64,000 nucleotides of DNA from an uncultured Verrucomicrobiae bacterium (GCA_963837955.1 CAWIPH010000002.1:1440001-1504000), one strand, 5' to 3'. Counted from the first letter of the stretch, positions 9,587-19,191 are shown. Program-made: numbers and translations. The notes: generated from the letters alone by a model not told the origin.

Positions 9587-11308
9587 TCAGGTTTCAGCCT
9601 CGATCTCGGCCTTAAAGATTTCCAGAGCTTTTTGAATCAATGGATCGTTTTTGAACCCATCTAGGAGTGTTGTTTCGGATTCCACTGCCGGTTGCGGACG
9701 CACCAAGTCATCCCGCAACTCGGCTCGAATCGTTCGCGGGGCCGCTGCGACTTCGGTGAGCAGGTCTTCAACAAACTTGCGGTTATTAGATCGGAGCAAA
9801 GATTCCATCGCGACCTGATCGCCTGTCGGAAAGCCGATCAAGACTTCGGTTCCGCTTTGGCCCAGCGGCGTCGCCATTTCGATCCAAGACCGAATCAAGG
9901 GTCGCCGGCGCCGCACTTCGTCGACTACTCGGATCCAGAGCGATGACAAACTCTCGCTACTAATCTCCCCCGAATCTCCCGGAGCGGGAATCGGATCTTC
10001 GGTTTCGGCGATTTTTGCAGAGGTTGGCAGGAGCTCTATGTCCGTATCCGGACCAGCTTCGGCCGCGGTCAAGGCATCAATGCTCGGCTTTTCGGCAGAG
10101 CTGGTAATGGCATTCTTGGGTACGTCTTCAACGTGACCTCGAGTGGCTGGGATGCCGGAGCTCTTTGGGCCTTGACCCGATAAGCTTTCTAAGGCGTCTA
10201 GAATTCGATCGATTCCGACCTCGCGGAGGCTTTGGATGGCGCGGATGACGGCAATTTCCAAGTGCAGTTTTTTGTTGGAAGTCCACTTCAGGCTCGGTTC
10301 GGCGTCGGACAAGATCTCGATCAATTTAAGAAGTTCGCCAGGTTTAACTACTTTGCTGAGCTCTCTGACGATCGTTCGTCCCAACTCACTCAAATCCTCT
10401 TGAACGCTGGCAGAGTCCACCTGATCGATGAGTAAATGACGGAGAAACCCGATCAGATCTCCCAGAATTTTGGAAAGATCCTTCCCGGCCTCAGCTTGGC
10501 CATGAATAATGCGAAGCGCAGCTGAAGCATCTGCCTTGACCACTGAACGAGCTAGGTCCGCGACGACCAGTTCTGACGTCAGCCCAAATATTTCCAAAAC
10601 CTGATCCTCGTTAATCTCGTTTCCGCAAAATGCGACGAGCTGGTCCAGCATAGACTCGGCGTCCCGCAGCCCACCTTCTGATGCGATCGCAATGGCTTCG
10701 GCGGCAGCAACGGAAAGCGATACCCCCTCTTTCTTCGCGATGGCTTCGAGTTGCCGGGCAATGGTTTGCGTCGGAATCCTGCGCAAGTCGAAGCGTTGGC
10801 ACCGGCTTAAAATGGTGGGCAGGACCTTATTAGGTTCGGTCGTGGCAAACACGAAAATGACGTGGGCCGGTGGTTCCTCGAGCGTTTTGAGCAGAGCATT
10901 AAAAGCCTGCTGTGTGAGCATGTGGATTTCGTCGATAATATAGATTTTATATTTTCCACGAACGGGAGCAAAACGGACGTTCTCTCTCAGTTCGCGAACC
11001 TGGTCGACGCTATTGTTGCTGGCGCCGTCAATTTCCAAAACATCGAGACTAATTCCTTGCGAGATTTCTCGACAAGAATCGCACACTCCGCACGGAGTTA
11101 CGGTAGGACCGTGAACACAATTCAAGCCTTTGGCCAGGATGCGAGCAGTCGAGGTCTTGCCCGTTCCCCGGGGACCGACCAAGAGATAAGCGTGGGCGAG
11201 GCGCTTTTCCGTAATAGCGTTCTTCAGCGTCCGCACCACATGGTCCTGACCGAGGACGTCGTCGAATATTTGTGGACGATATTTGCGCGCGAAAACCTGG
11301 TAACTCAC
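9587..11308 (-). CDS. dnaX: DNA polymerase III subunit gamma/tau
   Basis: YQVFARKYRPQ, GPRGTGKTS, Zn cysteines, IDEIHML, SRCQRF. Confidence 0.97.
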   Translation of the reverse strand: MSYQVFARKYRPQIFDDVLGQDHVVRTLKNAITEKRLAHAYLLVGPRGTGKTSTARILAKGLNCVHGPTVTPCGVCDSCREISQGISLDVLEIDGASNNSVDQVRELRENVRFAPVRGKYKIYIIDEIHMLTQQAFNALLKTLEEPPAHVIFVFATTEPNKVLPTILSRCQRFDLRRIPTQTIARQLEAIAKKEGVSLSVAAAEAIAIASEGGLRDAESMLDQLVAFCGNEINEDQVLEIFGLTSELVVADLARSVVKADASAALRIIHGQAEAGKDLSKILGDLIGFLRHLLIDQVDSASVQEDLSELGRTIVRELSKVVKPGELLKLIEILSDAEPSLKWTSNKKLHLEIAVIRAIQSLREVGIDRILDALESLSGQGPKSSGIPATRGHVEDVPKNAITSSAEKPSIDALTAAEAGPDTDIELLPTSAKIAETEDPIPAPGDSGEISSESLSSLWIRVVDEVRRRRPLIRSWIEMATPLGQSGTEVLIGFPTGDQVAMESLLRSNNRKFVEDLLTEVAAAPRTIRAELRDDLVRPQPAVESETTLLDGFKNDPLIQKALEIFKAEIEAET

Positions 11309-11374
11309 AGATCAAAATTACGATGTCGCTTCAGAAAACAAAAGCCGCGAATGGTCTCAGGATAGGATAAAAAA

Positions 11375-11494
11375 GCATCCTACTCCTGAGGGCGCCACGA
11401 GTAGCGGTGGGAGACCTTCGCCTGGCCGGGAGCAACTTGCCTGGTCAGTAAGGGGGGGAGGCACTCGGGCAGAGCAAAATTCTTGTTGCTCTGG
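11375..11494. ncRNA. Unidentified structured intergenic element (candidate sRNA or leader)
   Basis: About 100-nt rod-like fold (CCTGAG/CTCGGG, CCTT/AAGG, CTGGCCGG/CTGGTCAG) plus an overlapping CAGAGCAA/TTGCTCTG hairpin; no recognised family motif. Confidence 0.35.
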
Positions 11495-11685
11495 CCTAAG
11501 CTTTGTTAAGACTCTCTTTCCGATGCTTCGCAAACTCGCCTGGCTGCTGACATTTATTCTGGCGACCTTCTGCTGGGTGGTAGTGATCGAGCATGGCCCA
11601 GACAACTTTATTGTTGGTTCCAAGATCGAGGTAGAGAATTTTAGATCGCTCTTTTTCCGGCTGATTCAATCACCGGGAAAATAAG

Positions 11686-12462
11686 GTGAGAATAATCTGC
11701 ATAAGTGCGGAAGCGGCGGAGATCTGCTGGTCTTTGGATGAATGGGATCAGGTCGTTGGGGTCACCGCTTTTGGTCCGAAGCACTTGCCGGCAAAACCGA
11801 TTGTCTCTGGATTTGCATCGGGGAACGTGGACCGGATCTTGGCGCTACGTCCCGATCTGATAATTAGCTTTTCGGATGTCCAGGCAAAACTTGTTGATCA
11901 GCTGGTCCGGGCTGGAGTTACGGTTTTCGCATTGAACTATTATGATCTGGCCGGCGTTGCCCGGGCTATCCATTTGCTCGGACGGCTCCTCGGCACTCCG
12001 GAAAAAGGAGAAAAAGTGGCCAATCATTTCAACGCAGGGCTGGAAGGGGGGCGATTTTCCCCGTCGGTGCGTCCCCGGGTTTATTTTGAGGAGTGGGACA
12101 ATCCACTGATTCACGCGATTCCTTGGGTGCAGGAGATTATTGAGCTGGCAGGCGGAGATTACGTGTTCAGGAATTCAACGTTGAATCGGGCCCAAGACCG
12201 GGTGGTCACCGAGGAGATGGTATTTTCTACGAATCCCGAAATTATTCTTGCCAGTTGGTGCGGGAAGAGCGTTGATGTACCGGCGATATGTGCGCGCCCT
12301 GGTTTTGCCGAGGTCGAAGCGGTCAAGCAACACCAGGTCTATTCAATTGATCCGGAAAAGATCCTTCAGGCTGGGCCCCAGCTATTGGGAGGGTTGGAGG
12401 AGATCCGCAGGATCATCCAAGATTGGTGCGCGTACTCGGGAAAAGTACGCGGAACAACCTAA
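11686..12462 (+). CDS. BtuF/TroA-like cobalamin/iron-binding protein lacking a signal peptide
   Basis: RIICIS, ILALRPDLII, RPRVYFEEWDNP, NPEIILASWCGK. Confidence 0.8.
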   Translation: MRIICISAEAAEICWSLDEWDQVVGVTAFGPKHLPAKPIVSGFASGNVDRILALRPDLIISFSDVQAKLVDQLVRAGVTVFALNYYDLAGVARAIHLLGRLLGTPEKGEKVANHFNAGLEGGRFSPSVRPRVYFEEWDNPLIHAIPWVQEIIELAGGDYVFRNSTLNRAQDRVVTEEMVFSTNPEIILASWCGKSVDVPAICARPGFAEVEAVKQHQVYSIDPEKILQAGPQLLGGLEEIRRIIQDWCAYSGKVRGTT

Positions 12463-12479
12463 GCTGAAATTCAACCCCC

Positions 12480-13520
12480 ATGAAATCACCGATCAATCTT
12501 CCTCAAAAAGCAGGTCGAAATGGTTTGGGAGCAGGCGTCTGGAACATTGGTCCGGGGACTGATCCTTTTGGTGGACCGACCAGAGCGGCCATCCCGATCC
12601 TAGACCGGCTCCCAATCCTGGCTGAAGCCGGCATGACCTATTACGAAGCGCACGACGTCGAGATTCCGGCCGCTCAAGTGGCGGCCGCCAAAAAACGTGC
12701 CGAAGAAGTCGGGCTGCAGTGCGGCATGTATACGCCTTCCTTTTTCGCCGATCCAATTTTCAAGGATGGTGCCATGACCTCGAATGATTCGGGAATCCGT
12801 GAGCTCGCTTTGAAGAATTCGCTGGCAGCCGTCGACAGCGCCGTTGCGCTCGGCGCGTCGGTAATCGTGTTTTGGAACGGACGCGAAGGATTCGACTTTG
12901 TTTTGGCTAAGAATGGCCAGGAGGCTTTCAAACGCCTGGTTGAGGGATTCAACCAGGTAGGACAATATGCTCGCGAGCGATACGGTACCTCGATTCGGAT
13001 AGCGGTTGAGCCAAAGCCGAACGAACCTCGAGCCAACATGTACCTGGCGAATGTGGGCGAAGTGCTCTATTTGATCAGCCGCTTAGACCCGAATCACCAG
13101 GCTCTCTTCGGAGTAAATCCGGAAATTGCACACAGCCGAATTGCCGGGCTCGATTATCTTTGGGACGTCGAGATGTGTTTGGAAGCAGGCAAACTCTTCC
13201 ACATTCATCTGAATTCGCAGGATGGCCAACGTTACGATCAGGATCTGCCGTTTGGCTACACCGAGCCGCTCAAAGACCTCGCCTTGCTAGTTGTCCTCCA
13301 GGATGCCGGCTATGAGAATATTCTGGCTTTTGATATAAAGGCACCGCGGACCGACGAGTCGAAGCACATTGCCGACATCATCGAGGTCAGTGCGCAGAAT
13401 TTGGTATGGCTCTGGGAAAAGGCCTTGGCGGTAGATCGGTCGGTAATTCAACAACTTCGCCAAGAAAAGAGGAATACCGCTATCGCCGGTTACCTGGGCA
13501 AATGTCTCTATGGCCGATGA
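12480..13520 (+). CDS. Xylose isomerase-family sugar isomerase
   Basis: DPFGGPTR, FWNGREG, EPKPNEPR, VNPEIAH, RYDQDL; one metal ligand is atypical (see findings). Confidence 0.85.
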   Translation: MKSPINLPQKAGRNGLGAGVWNIGPGTDPFGGPTRAAIPILDRLPILAEAGMTYYEAHDVEIPAAQVAAAKKRAEEVGLQCGMYTPSFFADPIFKDGAMTSNDSGIRELALKNSLAAVDSAVALGASVIVFWNGREGFDFVLAKNGQEAFKRLVEGFNQVGQYARERYGTSIRIAVEPKPNEPRANMYLANVGEVLYLISRLDPNHQALFGVNPEIAHSRIAGLDYLWDVEMCLEAGKLFHIHLNSQDGQRYDQDLPFGYTEPLKDLALLVVLQDAGYENILAFDIKAPRTDESKHIADIIEVSAQNLVWLWEKALAVDRSVIQQLRQEKRNTAIAGYLGKCLYGR

Positions 13521-13572
13521 TGCAATCATCGCTCCGGGCGATAGAGTGGTATAGGATATCGAATGCGCTAAA

Positions 13573-13601
13573 TTGACGCTGTCGGTTTCTCTCGTTATTT
13601 T
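13573..13601 (+). promoter_or_regulatory. Putative sigma70 promoter of rex (leaderless arrangement)
   Basis: TTGACG-N17-TATTTT ending 6 nt before the GTG at 13608. Confidence 0.45.
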
Positions 13602-13607
13602 TCACGT

Positions 13608-14228
13608 GTGGCGAAGTTTGTTATACCGCGGAAGGCTGTCTATCGGCTATCGCTCTACTATCGGGTTCTCGAACGGCTGCTCCAGAACAGAATTGAGACC
13701 GTCTCTTCCGATGCATTGGCCAAAGCAACCGGCGTAAAACCAACTCAGCTCAGAAAAGACCTCACCTATTTTGGCCAATTTGGAACTCGCGGTCTTGGTT
13801 ACAAGGTCGAATCGTTGCTTTCCCAGCTCGGCAGCGTTCTTCGCACGACCCGGTTTCAGCCGGTTATCTTGGTGGGCGCCGGCAATCTCGGGTCGGCACT
13901 CTTGCGGTACGATGGTTTTGCTAAGGAAGGATTTGAGATCGTGGCAGCATTTGATATTCGGCCAGACGCATCGAAAGCCGGCCGAACAAAAGTGCCCGTT
14001 TTACCCACCGACGAGATCAAGAAGTTTGTCCCGGAGAATGGTGTGAAATTAGCGATTCTGGCGGTGCCGGGAGTGGTAGCCCAGGAAGTCACCAACGAGC
14101 TGGTCGAGGCGGGAATTCAAGCGATTCTCAACTTTTCGCCTCTCATCCTGCAGGTGCCGGACAACGTGGTCGTTAATAACGTAAATCTGGCGATAGAACT
14201 CGAGAACCTCAGCTACTTTATCACCTGA
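13608..14228 (+). CDS. rex: Redox-sensing transcriptional repressor Rex
   Basis: RLSLYYR, QLRKDLTYFGQFGTRGLGY, VGAGNLGSAL, ILNFSP. Confidence 0.96.
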   Translation: MAKFVIPRKAVYRLSLYYRVLERLLQNRIETVSSDALAKATGVKPTQLRKDLTYFGQFGTRGLGYKVESLLSQLGSVLRTTRFQPVILVGAGNLGSALLRYDGFAKEGFEIVAAFDIRPDASKAGRTKVPVLPTDEIKKFVPENGVKLAILAVPGVVAQEVTNELVEAGIQAILNFSPLILQVPDNVVVNNVNLAIELENLSYFIT

Positions 14229-14296
14229 GGATCTGGATCCGGCCCGCTCGGGAACGGGAACCAGGTGGCGGCGAAAGTCTGAAAGGAGTCTGGGGC

Positions 14297-14860
14297 TTAT
14301 GCCTCGATTTTCGGACCGGTGTGTCCGAGAATCTTTACTGTCTGGTTGAGCTGCTCGACCTTGAGCGGCTTCTTCAGGACTGTGACCGGGCTAATCTGGA
14401 GAATGCGGTCAAGAACTTCGCTATCCGGATAACCAGTGATTACAATCACATTAAGGTCGGGATCGATCTGTTTGGCGGTCCTATATACCTGATCTCCCGG
14501 AGCGTCCGGAAGCTGCAAGTCGAGGAACATCAAATCGAATTTCTGCTTTCGCAGGCTAACGATCGCGTCTTTGGCCGTTCCAACTACGACGCGGCTAAAG
14601 CCGACCTTCTTCAGAAAGTTCCGAAACAACTCCTGCAGGCCAGGATCATCATCTACGACTAGCACCGTGGGTTGGCCCTGTTTATCTTGACGCAAGATGT
14701 CCTTGTCTAAGGACGACTTCTTGATGCGCCAACGTCCGCCGATCTGAATTGCCGGTATTTGGCCTCGCTGGACCAAATAATAGACCGTCGGAAGAGGGAT
14801 TCTCAAATATTCGGCGGTTTCCTTGACTGTCAGGAGATTGTGGTTAGGAGGCTCGCTCAC
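14297..14860 (-). CDS. Excisionase-type HTH fused to a response-regulator receiver domain
   Basis: LLTVKETAEYLRI...IPAIQIGGRWRI, then VLVVDDD, FLDLQLPD, ITGY, KKP; GTG at 14860 chosen as start. Confidence 0.88.
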   Translation of the reverse strand: MSEPPNHNLLTVKETAEYLRIPLPTVYYLVQRGQIPAIQIGGRWRIKKSSLDKDILRQDKQGQPTVLVVDDDPGLQELFRNFLKKVGFSRVVVGTAKDAIVSLRKQKFDLMFLDLQLPDAPGDQVYRTAKQIDPDLNVIVITGYPDSEVLDRILQISPVTVLKKPLKVEQLNQTVKILGHTGPKIEA

Positions 14861-15075
14861 AAATTGCGAATGGAAGCTACAGTTTAAATTGAATCTAGAA
14901 TTGTTATGAGAATATGAGAGGTTCGTCAACATTAGGTTTTTGCGAAGGTTTCATACGTGCGACCCAAACTTCGGAACTTGGCAATCTGGGCACTCGCAAC
15001 TTTGCTTCAACATGGGACAATGTTCCTGCTCTTGTAACTGTTTTGGCGGTTCGACCGACACTCCCCTTATAACGA

Positions 15076-16486
15076 ATGCAAACGCGTACTGAAAAAGACT
15101 CGATGGGTACGATGGAATTGCCGGCTGATGCTCTTTACGGCGCCACGACGCAACGAGCCGTTCTCAATTTTCCAATTAGTGGATACCGGTTTTCTCGTCC
15201 ATTCATTCGAGCGATCGGGCTGGTGAAATGGGCGGCGGCGCTGGCCAATCGAGATCTGGGCAAGCTGGACGATAGGAGGGCGCAACTCATCACGGAAGCT
15301 GCTGAAGAGGTCATCGACGGCCGCTGGGATTCCCAATTCCCTATCGACATTTTTCAGACGGGCTCAGGGACGAGCACCAACATGAACGCAAACGAGGTGA
15401 TCGCTAATCGTTGCAGCCAGCTGGACGGTAAGCCCATTGGCTCGAAGGACCCGGTGCATCCAAATGACCACGTCAACATGGGCCAGTCGAGCAACGACGT
15501 CATTCCTACCAGCATTCACATCGCTGTCGCAGAATCGATTCGCAGCGAGTTGATGCCTGCGCTCGATCATCTTCAACAAGGATTGGAAGCTAAGGCGCAT
15601 GAGTTTTGGGAAGTGATCAAGATCGGCCGAACCCATTTGATGGATGCTACGCCCGTGCGACTTGGCCAGGAGTTCAGTGGTTACGCTAAACAAGTCGAGT
15701 ACGGAAAACTTCGGGCAGGAAACGCGATCGCGGCTGTCGAAGAACTCGCGCTCGGGGGGACGGCGGTTGGCACCGGTTTAAACTGTCATCCGGAGTTTGC
15801 CGGTAAAGTGATGGGGCATCTTTGGAACCGTACGGGCGTGGCATTTCGAGAGGCTCGCAATCATTTTGAAGCCCAAGGCGCCAAGGACGGACTTGTGGAA
15901 GCGAGCGGGCAAATGCGCTCTATCGCGGTGAGCTTATTTAAGATCGCCAATGATATCCGGCTGATGGCGAGCGGGCCTCGGTGCGGCATTGGAGAAATTC
16001 AGCTGCCGGCGACGCAGCCGGGAAGCTCAATCATGCCGGGGAAGGTGAATCCGGTCATGTGCGAATCGGTCGTGCAGGTGTGTGCCCAAGTTTTTGGAAA
16101 TGATACGGCCGTGTATTGGGGCGGCGCGAACGGTCACCTTGAGCTTAACGTCATGATGCCGGTAATGGCGCACAATGTTTTGGAGAGCATCCGGCTTTTG
16201 AGTAACGTTGCGCGATGTGTTCGAGGATAAGTGTATCGGTGGAATCATCGCCAATCGGGAGCGTTGTCGCGAACTAGTGGAACTCAGTATGGCCATGGTC
16301 ACGAGCTTAGCGCCAATCATCGGGTACGACCGAGCTGCCGAAATCGCGAAAGAGAGTGCAGCAACCGGGAAGACGGTGCGCCAAATTTGCCGCGAGCGAG
16401 AGGTACTGCCAGAAGACCAGTTAGAGCGAGCTCTAGACCCGGTCGAGATGACCAAGCCGGGCGGGGAAGGTTCGGCCGGGGGCTAG
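15076..16486 (+). pseudogene. fumC: Class II fumarate hydratase interrupted by a 1-nt insertion near 16210-16217 (real or sequencing error)
   Basis: [19 protein letters not shown] and [11 protein letters not shown] lie in frame 15076-16230; the C-terminal [10 protein letters not shown]...IGYDRAAEIAK lies in the next frame, ending 16486. Confidence 0.9.
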
Positions 16487-16499
16487 CGCCACATCAGGC

Positions 16500-17255
16500 T
16501 TAGTTCAGCGTTAATTCGATTGCGCGTTGGACGGCTGCGGCATGTGCTTGCGCCCTTGCGCCTAATTCGTATTCGGAAGGGGTCTCCAGGGTGATTGTCC
16601 GCTCGCTATAGGAGAGTGCGAGCAGCCCGGCTTCCGGCAGGAACGGAAACTTAAGGCTTTTGATCCGTCGGGCGATCGATCCACTCTCGGCCCGGCGTCC
16701 TTCGATCCTGGGACGTAGATCGACAGGCAAATGGTATCCGGCCGCCGCGAGAAGCTCCGGCCCGATCGGCCGCAGATGCTTTCTTACTTCGTATAAGTAG
16801 ACACCTTGCGCGTCGTAATCTTCGTGCAAACACATCGCAAAACGAAAGGTTTTTCCAGCAATGATTGCCTTCTGGGCGCGGATCTGCTCCAAATCCTCCA
16901 GATGATAGCTGCGGTTAAGATCTCTCCCCTCAGAATCGCTTCTGCGATTGTGAATGAGTCCCCATGGATTCAAACACGGAAAGATTAAAACCGGGAGTTC
17001 TCTCAAAACAGTGAGATTCATCTCGGCCCAGAAAAGAAGTCCCTCCGTCCCGCCAACTTCGTCACCGTGAATGCCCGCCGACAGATAAATTCCCCCATTA
17101 GCCTGCATCGCTGGCGATTGGATAAACAGAAGGTCGAAATCGTCCGCTTTCGCGAATATTTGGCATTTCAATCCAGATCGACGCGCCAGACTTCGCCAAC
17201 GCCGAGTTAACAAACGATAGTTATGAGCGTGATGTCTATGGGTTTCGAACGTCAT
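16500..17255 (-). CDS. M14 zinc carboxypeptidase/amidase (MpaA/desuccinylase-like)
   Basis: AGIHGDE, NPWG, DLNRSY, LHED, TLETP. Confidence 0.82.
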   Translation of the reverse strand: MTFETHRHHAHNYRLLTRRWRSLARRSGLKCQIFAKADDFDLLFIQSPAMQANGGIYLSAGIHGDEVGGTEGLLFWAEMNLTVLRELPVLIFPCLNPWGLIHNRRSDSEGRDLNRSYHLEDLEQIRAQKAIIAGKTFRFAMCLHEDYDAQGVYLYEVRKHLRPIGPELLAAAGYHLPVDLRPRIEGRRAESGSIARRIKSLKFPFLPEAGLLALSYSERTITLETPSEYELGARAQAHAAAVQRAIELTLN

Positions 17256-17308
17256 GCTTTAGCGCGCCGTCTCGAACATAATCTGTTTTGAACGCAGCGA
17301 CCTCATCG

Positions 17309-18715
17309 TCATATGTGAGATGGCGCACTGGCCAACGCGGCCAGCAACTTGTCGTGAATGCCTCCGAACCCGCCGTTACTAAAGACTACTATGACATCAC
17401 CGGGTTGAGCCAGAGGCTTCAATCTCTCCACGATTTGGCTTATTTTTGGCTCGTAGAAAGCTGGCTTACCGGCTTGTTGAATTGTGGCGACCACTTTCCA
17501 GGGGTCTAGCCGGTCGTCCGGTGGCACCTGTTCGATGCGCGCCACTTCTGCCAGAATCACTCCGTCAGCCAAAGCGAGCGCCTCCGGAAGTTGCTGCTGA
17601 AAAACTGCACGACGAGTGGTATTGGATCGTGGCTCAAAGATGGCCCAGAGACGATGCGCCGGAAATCGGCGACGCAAAGCGTTCAAAGTTTCCTTAATAG
17701 CGGTCGGATGATGACCAAAATCGTCGATAACTTTGATGCCATTTACTTCGCCACGAATCTCCTGTCGCCGAGCAACTCCTTGAAAGGTGCGCAGCGCAGC
17801 TTGTATCGTCGGCAGACTGATCTGCTGCGAAAGAGCGACCGCAGCCGCCATTCCGGCGTTGCGGACATTGAACTCTCCGACCAGCGAAGTTTCAAAACGG
17901 TCTTTCCCAATCCGAAATGTGGATCCGGATTGATGATATTCGATATCCTCTAAGCGATAATGCGCTTTTTCGGACAAACCGACGGTCATTACCGGAGCAA
18001 ACGCCTTCTGGGTTACCTCGCGACAATGGGGGTCATCAGCGTTGATGAAGAAACGGCCAGATTGTGGGACGATGTTTACCAGGCGCCGGAAGCTCGTTTT
18101 GATTTCCTCCAGGTCATGGAAGATATCGGCATGATCAAATTCGATGTTATTTATCACCAGTGTATCTGGCAGGTAATGCAGGAACTTTGAGCGCTTGTCG
18201 AAGAACGCGGTATCATATTCATCTCCCTCCAGGATGAAGTATCGCGAGTCCGGGAAAGACGCACCTCTCTTCAGGTCTTTGGCGATACCACCGATCAGGA
18301 AGCCGGGATTTAGGCCCGCCTGGCTGAAGATCCAAGTCACTAGGGCGGTTGTGGTCGTCTTGCCGTGTGTGCCGGTAACAACAACATTATGCTTACCCTG
18401 GAGGAAGAAATCTTTGATGGTTTCCGGAAGTGAGCGGTAGAGCAATTTTCGTTCAAGTACCGATTCCAGTTCCGGGTTACCGCGGAAGATCGCGTTACCG
18501 ATAACGACCAAGTCAATATTATCCGGCACGTTCTCTGGTCGATATCCGGCGGAGAGGGGAACCTGTTTTTCCGCGAGAAAAGTCGACATTGGCGGATAGA
18601 CATTTTCGTCGGAACCGCTGACGACAAAGCCAAGATCTCGGATGGCGGCCGCTACTGCGCCCATGGCCGTACCACAGACACCCATGAAATGAATTCGGCG
18701 AACAGGTTTAAGCAT
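17309..18715 (-). CDS. mpl: UDP-MurNAc:tripeptide ligase (murein peptide ligase)
   Basis: IHFMGVCGTAMG, GTHGKTTT, EGDEYDTAFFDKRSKF, DDFGHHPTAI, FEPRSNT, SNGGFGGIH. Confidence 0.95.
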   Translation of the reverse strand: MLKPVRRIHFMGVCGTAMGAVAAAIRDLGFVVSGSDENVYPPMSTFLAEKQVPLSAGYRPENVPDNIDLVVIGNAIFRGNPELESVLERKLLYRSLPETIKDFFLQGKHNVVVTGTHGKTTTTALVTWIFSQAGLNPGFLIGGIAKDLKRGASFPDSRYFILEGDEYDTAFFDKRSKFLHYLPDTLVINNIEFDHADIFHDLEEIKTSFRRLVNIVPQSGRFFINADDPHCREVTQKAFAPVMTVGLSEKAHYRLEDIEYHQSGSTFRIGKDRFETSLVGEFNVRNAGMAAAVALSQQISLPTIQAALRTFQGVARRQEIRGEVNGIKVIDDFGHHPTAIKETLNALRRRFPAHRLWAIFEPRSNTTRRAVFQQQLPEALALADGVILAEVARIEQVPPDDRLDPWKVVATIQQAGKPAFYEPKISQIVERLKPLAQPGDVIVVFSNGGFGGIHDKLLAALASAPSHI

Positions 18716-19077
18716 GAGAGAAAACGGCTTCAGTCAATTAACTTCCTCCAATCGGCTGCCGTGATCGGGCTAAACCGGCTCACGAAATTTTCGCAGAAAC
18801 CCACCTTCGCATTCTCCAAGCATCGGATTGGCCCTCGAAGGTAAGCAGAAGGTCGATTTGAGCGAAAGGGAAAATCCGTCGGAACCGGGAATCAATTTCA
18901 AAAGGGGTTTGCTCGATTTTTGCCGGCCGGCAGAGTGAATTGGGGAGCCCCAACAGAATCTTAGCCTGTTTCTGGGAGGTTTTTAGCTGAGGATAAGAAG
19001 ACCGTTCCAAAACCAAGATCCAGAAGCCAGATCGAGTGAACCAAGGGTTTCTACGACAGCTCCGGGCAGCTGCTAAT

Positions 19078-19106
19078 TTGACGCCTGGCAGGTCTGCAAT
19101 TATCCT
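19078..19106 (+). promoter_or_regulatory. Putative sigma70 promoter of tRNA-Arg
   Basis: TTGACG-N17-TATCCT ending 11 nt before the tRNA. Confidence 0.55.
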
Positions 19107-19117
19107 CGGAACACTTC

Positions 19118-19191
19118 GCGTCCGTAGCTCAATTGGATAGAGCGTTGGCCTCCGGAGCCAGAGGTTGTGGGTTCGACCCCCGCCGGACGCA
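19118..19191 (+). tRNA. tRNA-Arg (CCG), CCA not encoded
   Basis: Acceptor stem GCGTCCG/CGGACGC, D loop AGCTCAATTGGATAGAGC, anticodon CT-CCG-GA, GGTTCGAC. Confidence 0.96.

Noticed and set aside
9587..11308. Programmed -1 frameshift site in dnaX
   Set aside because: No in-frame A AAA AAG heptamer seen; the A6 run near 10270 is not in a canonical slippery phase.
11340..11500. SRP RNA (ffs) at its usual place upstream of dnaX
   Set aside because: The conserved CAGG-stem-GNRA-stem-AGCA motif is not intact on either strand; kept only as an unidentified structure.
13580..13610. Rex operator upstream of rex
   Set aside because: GTTATTTTTCAC has the wrong spacing for TTGTGAA-N4-TTCACAA.
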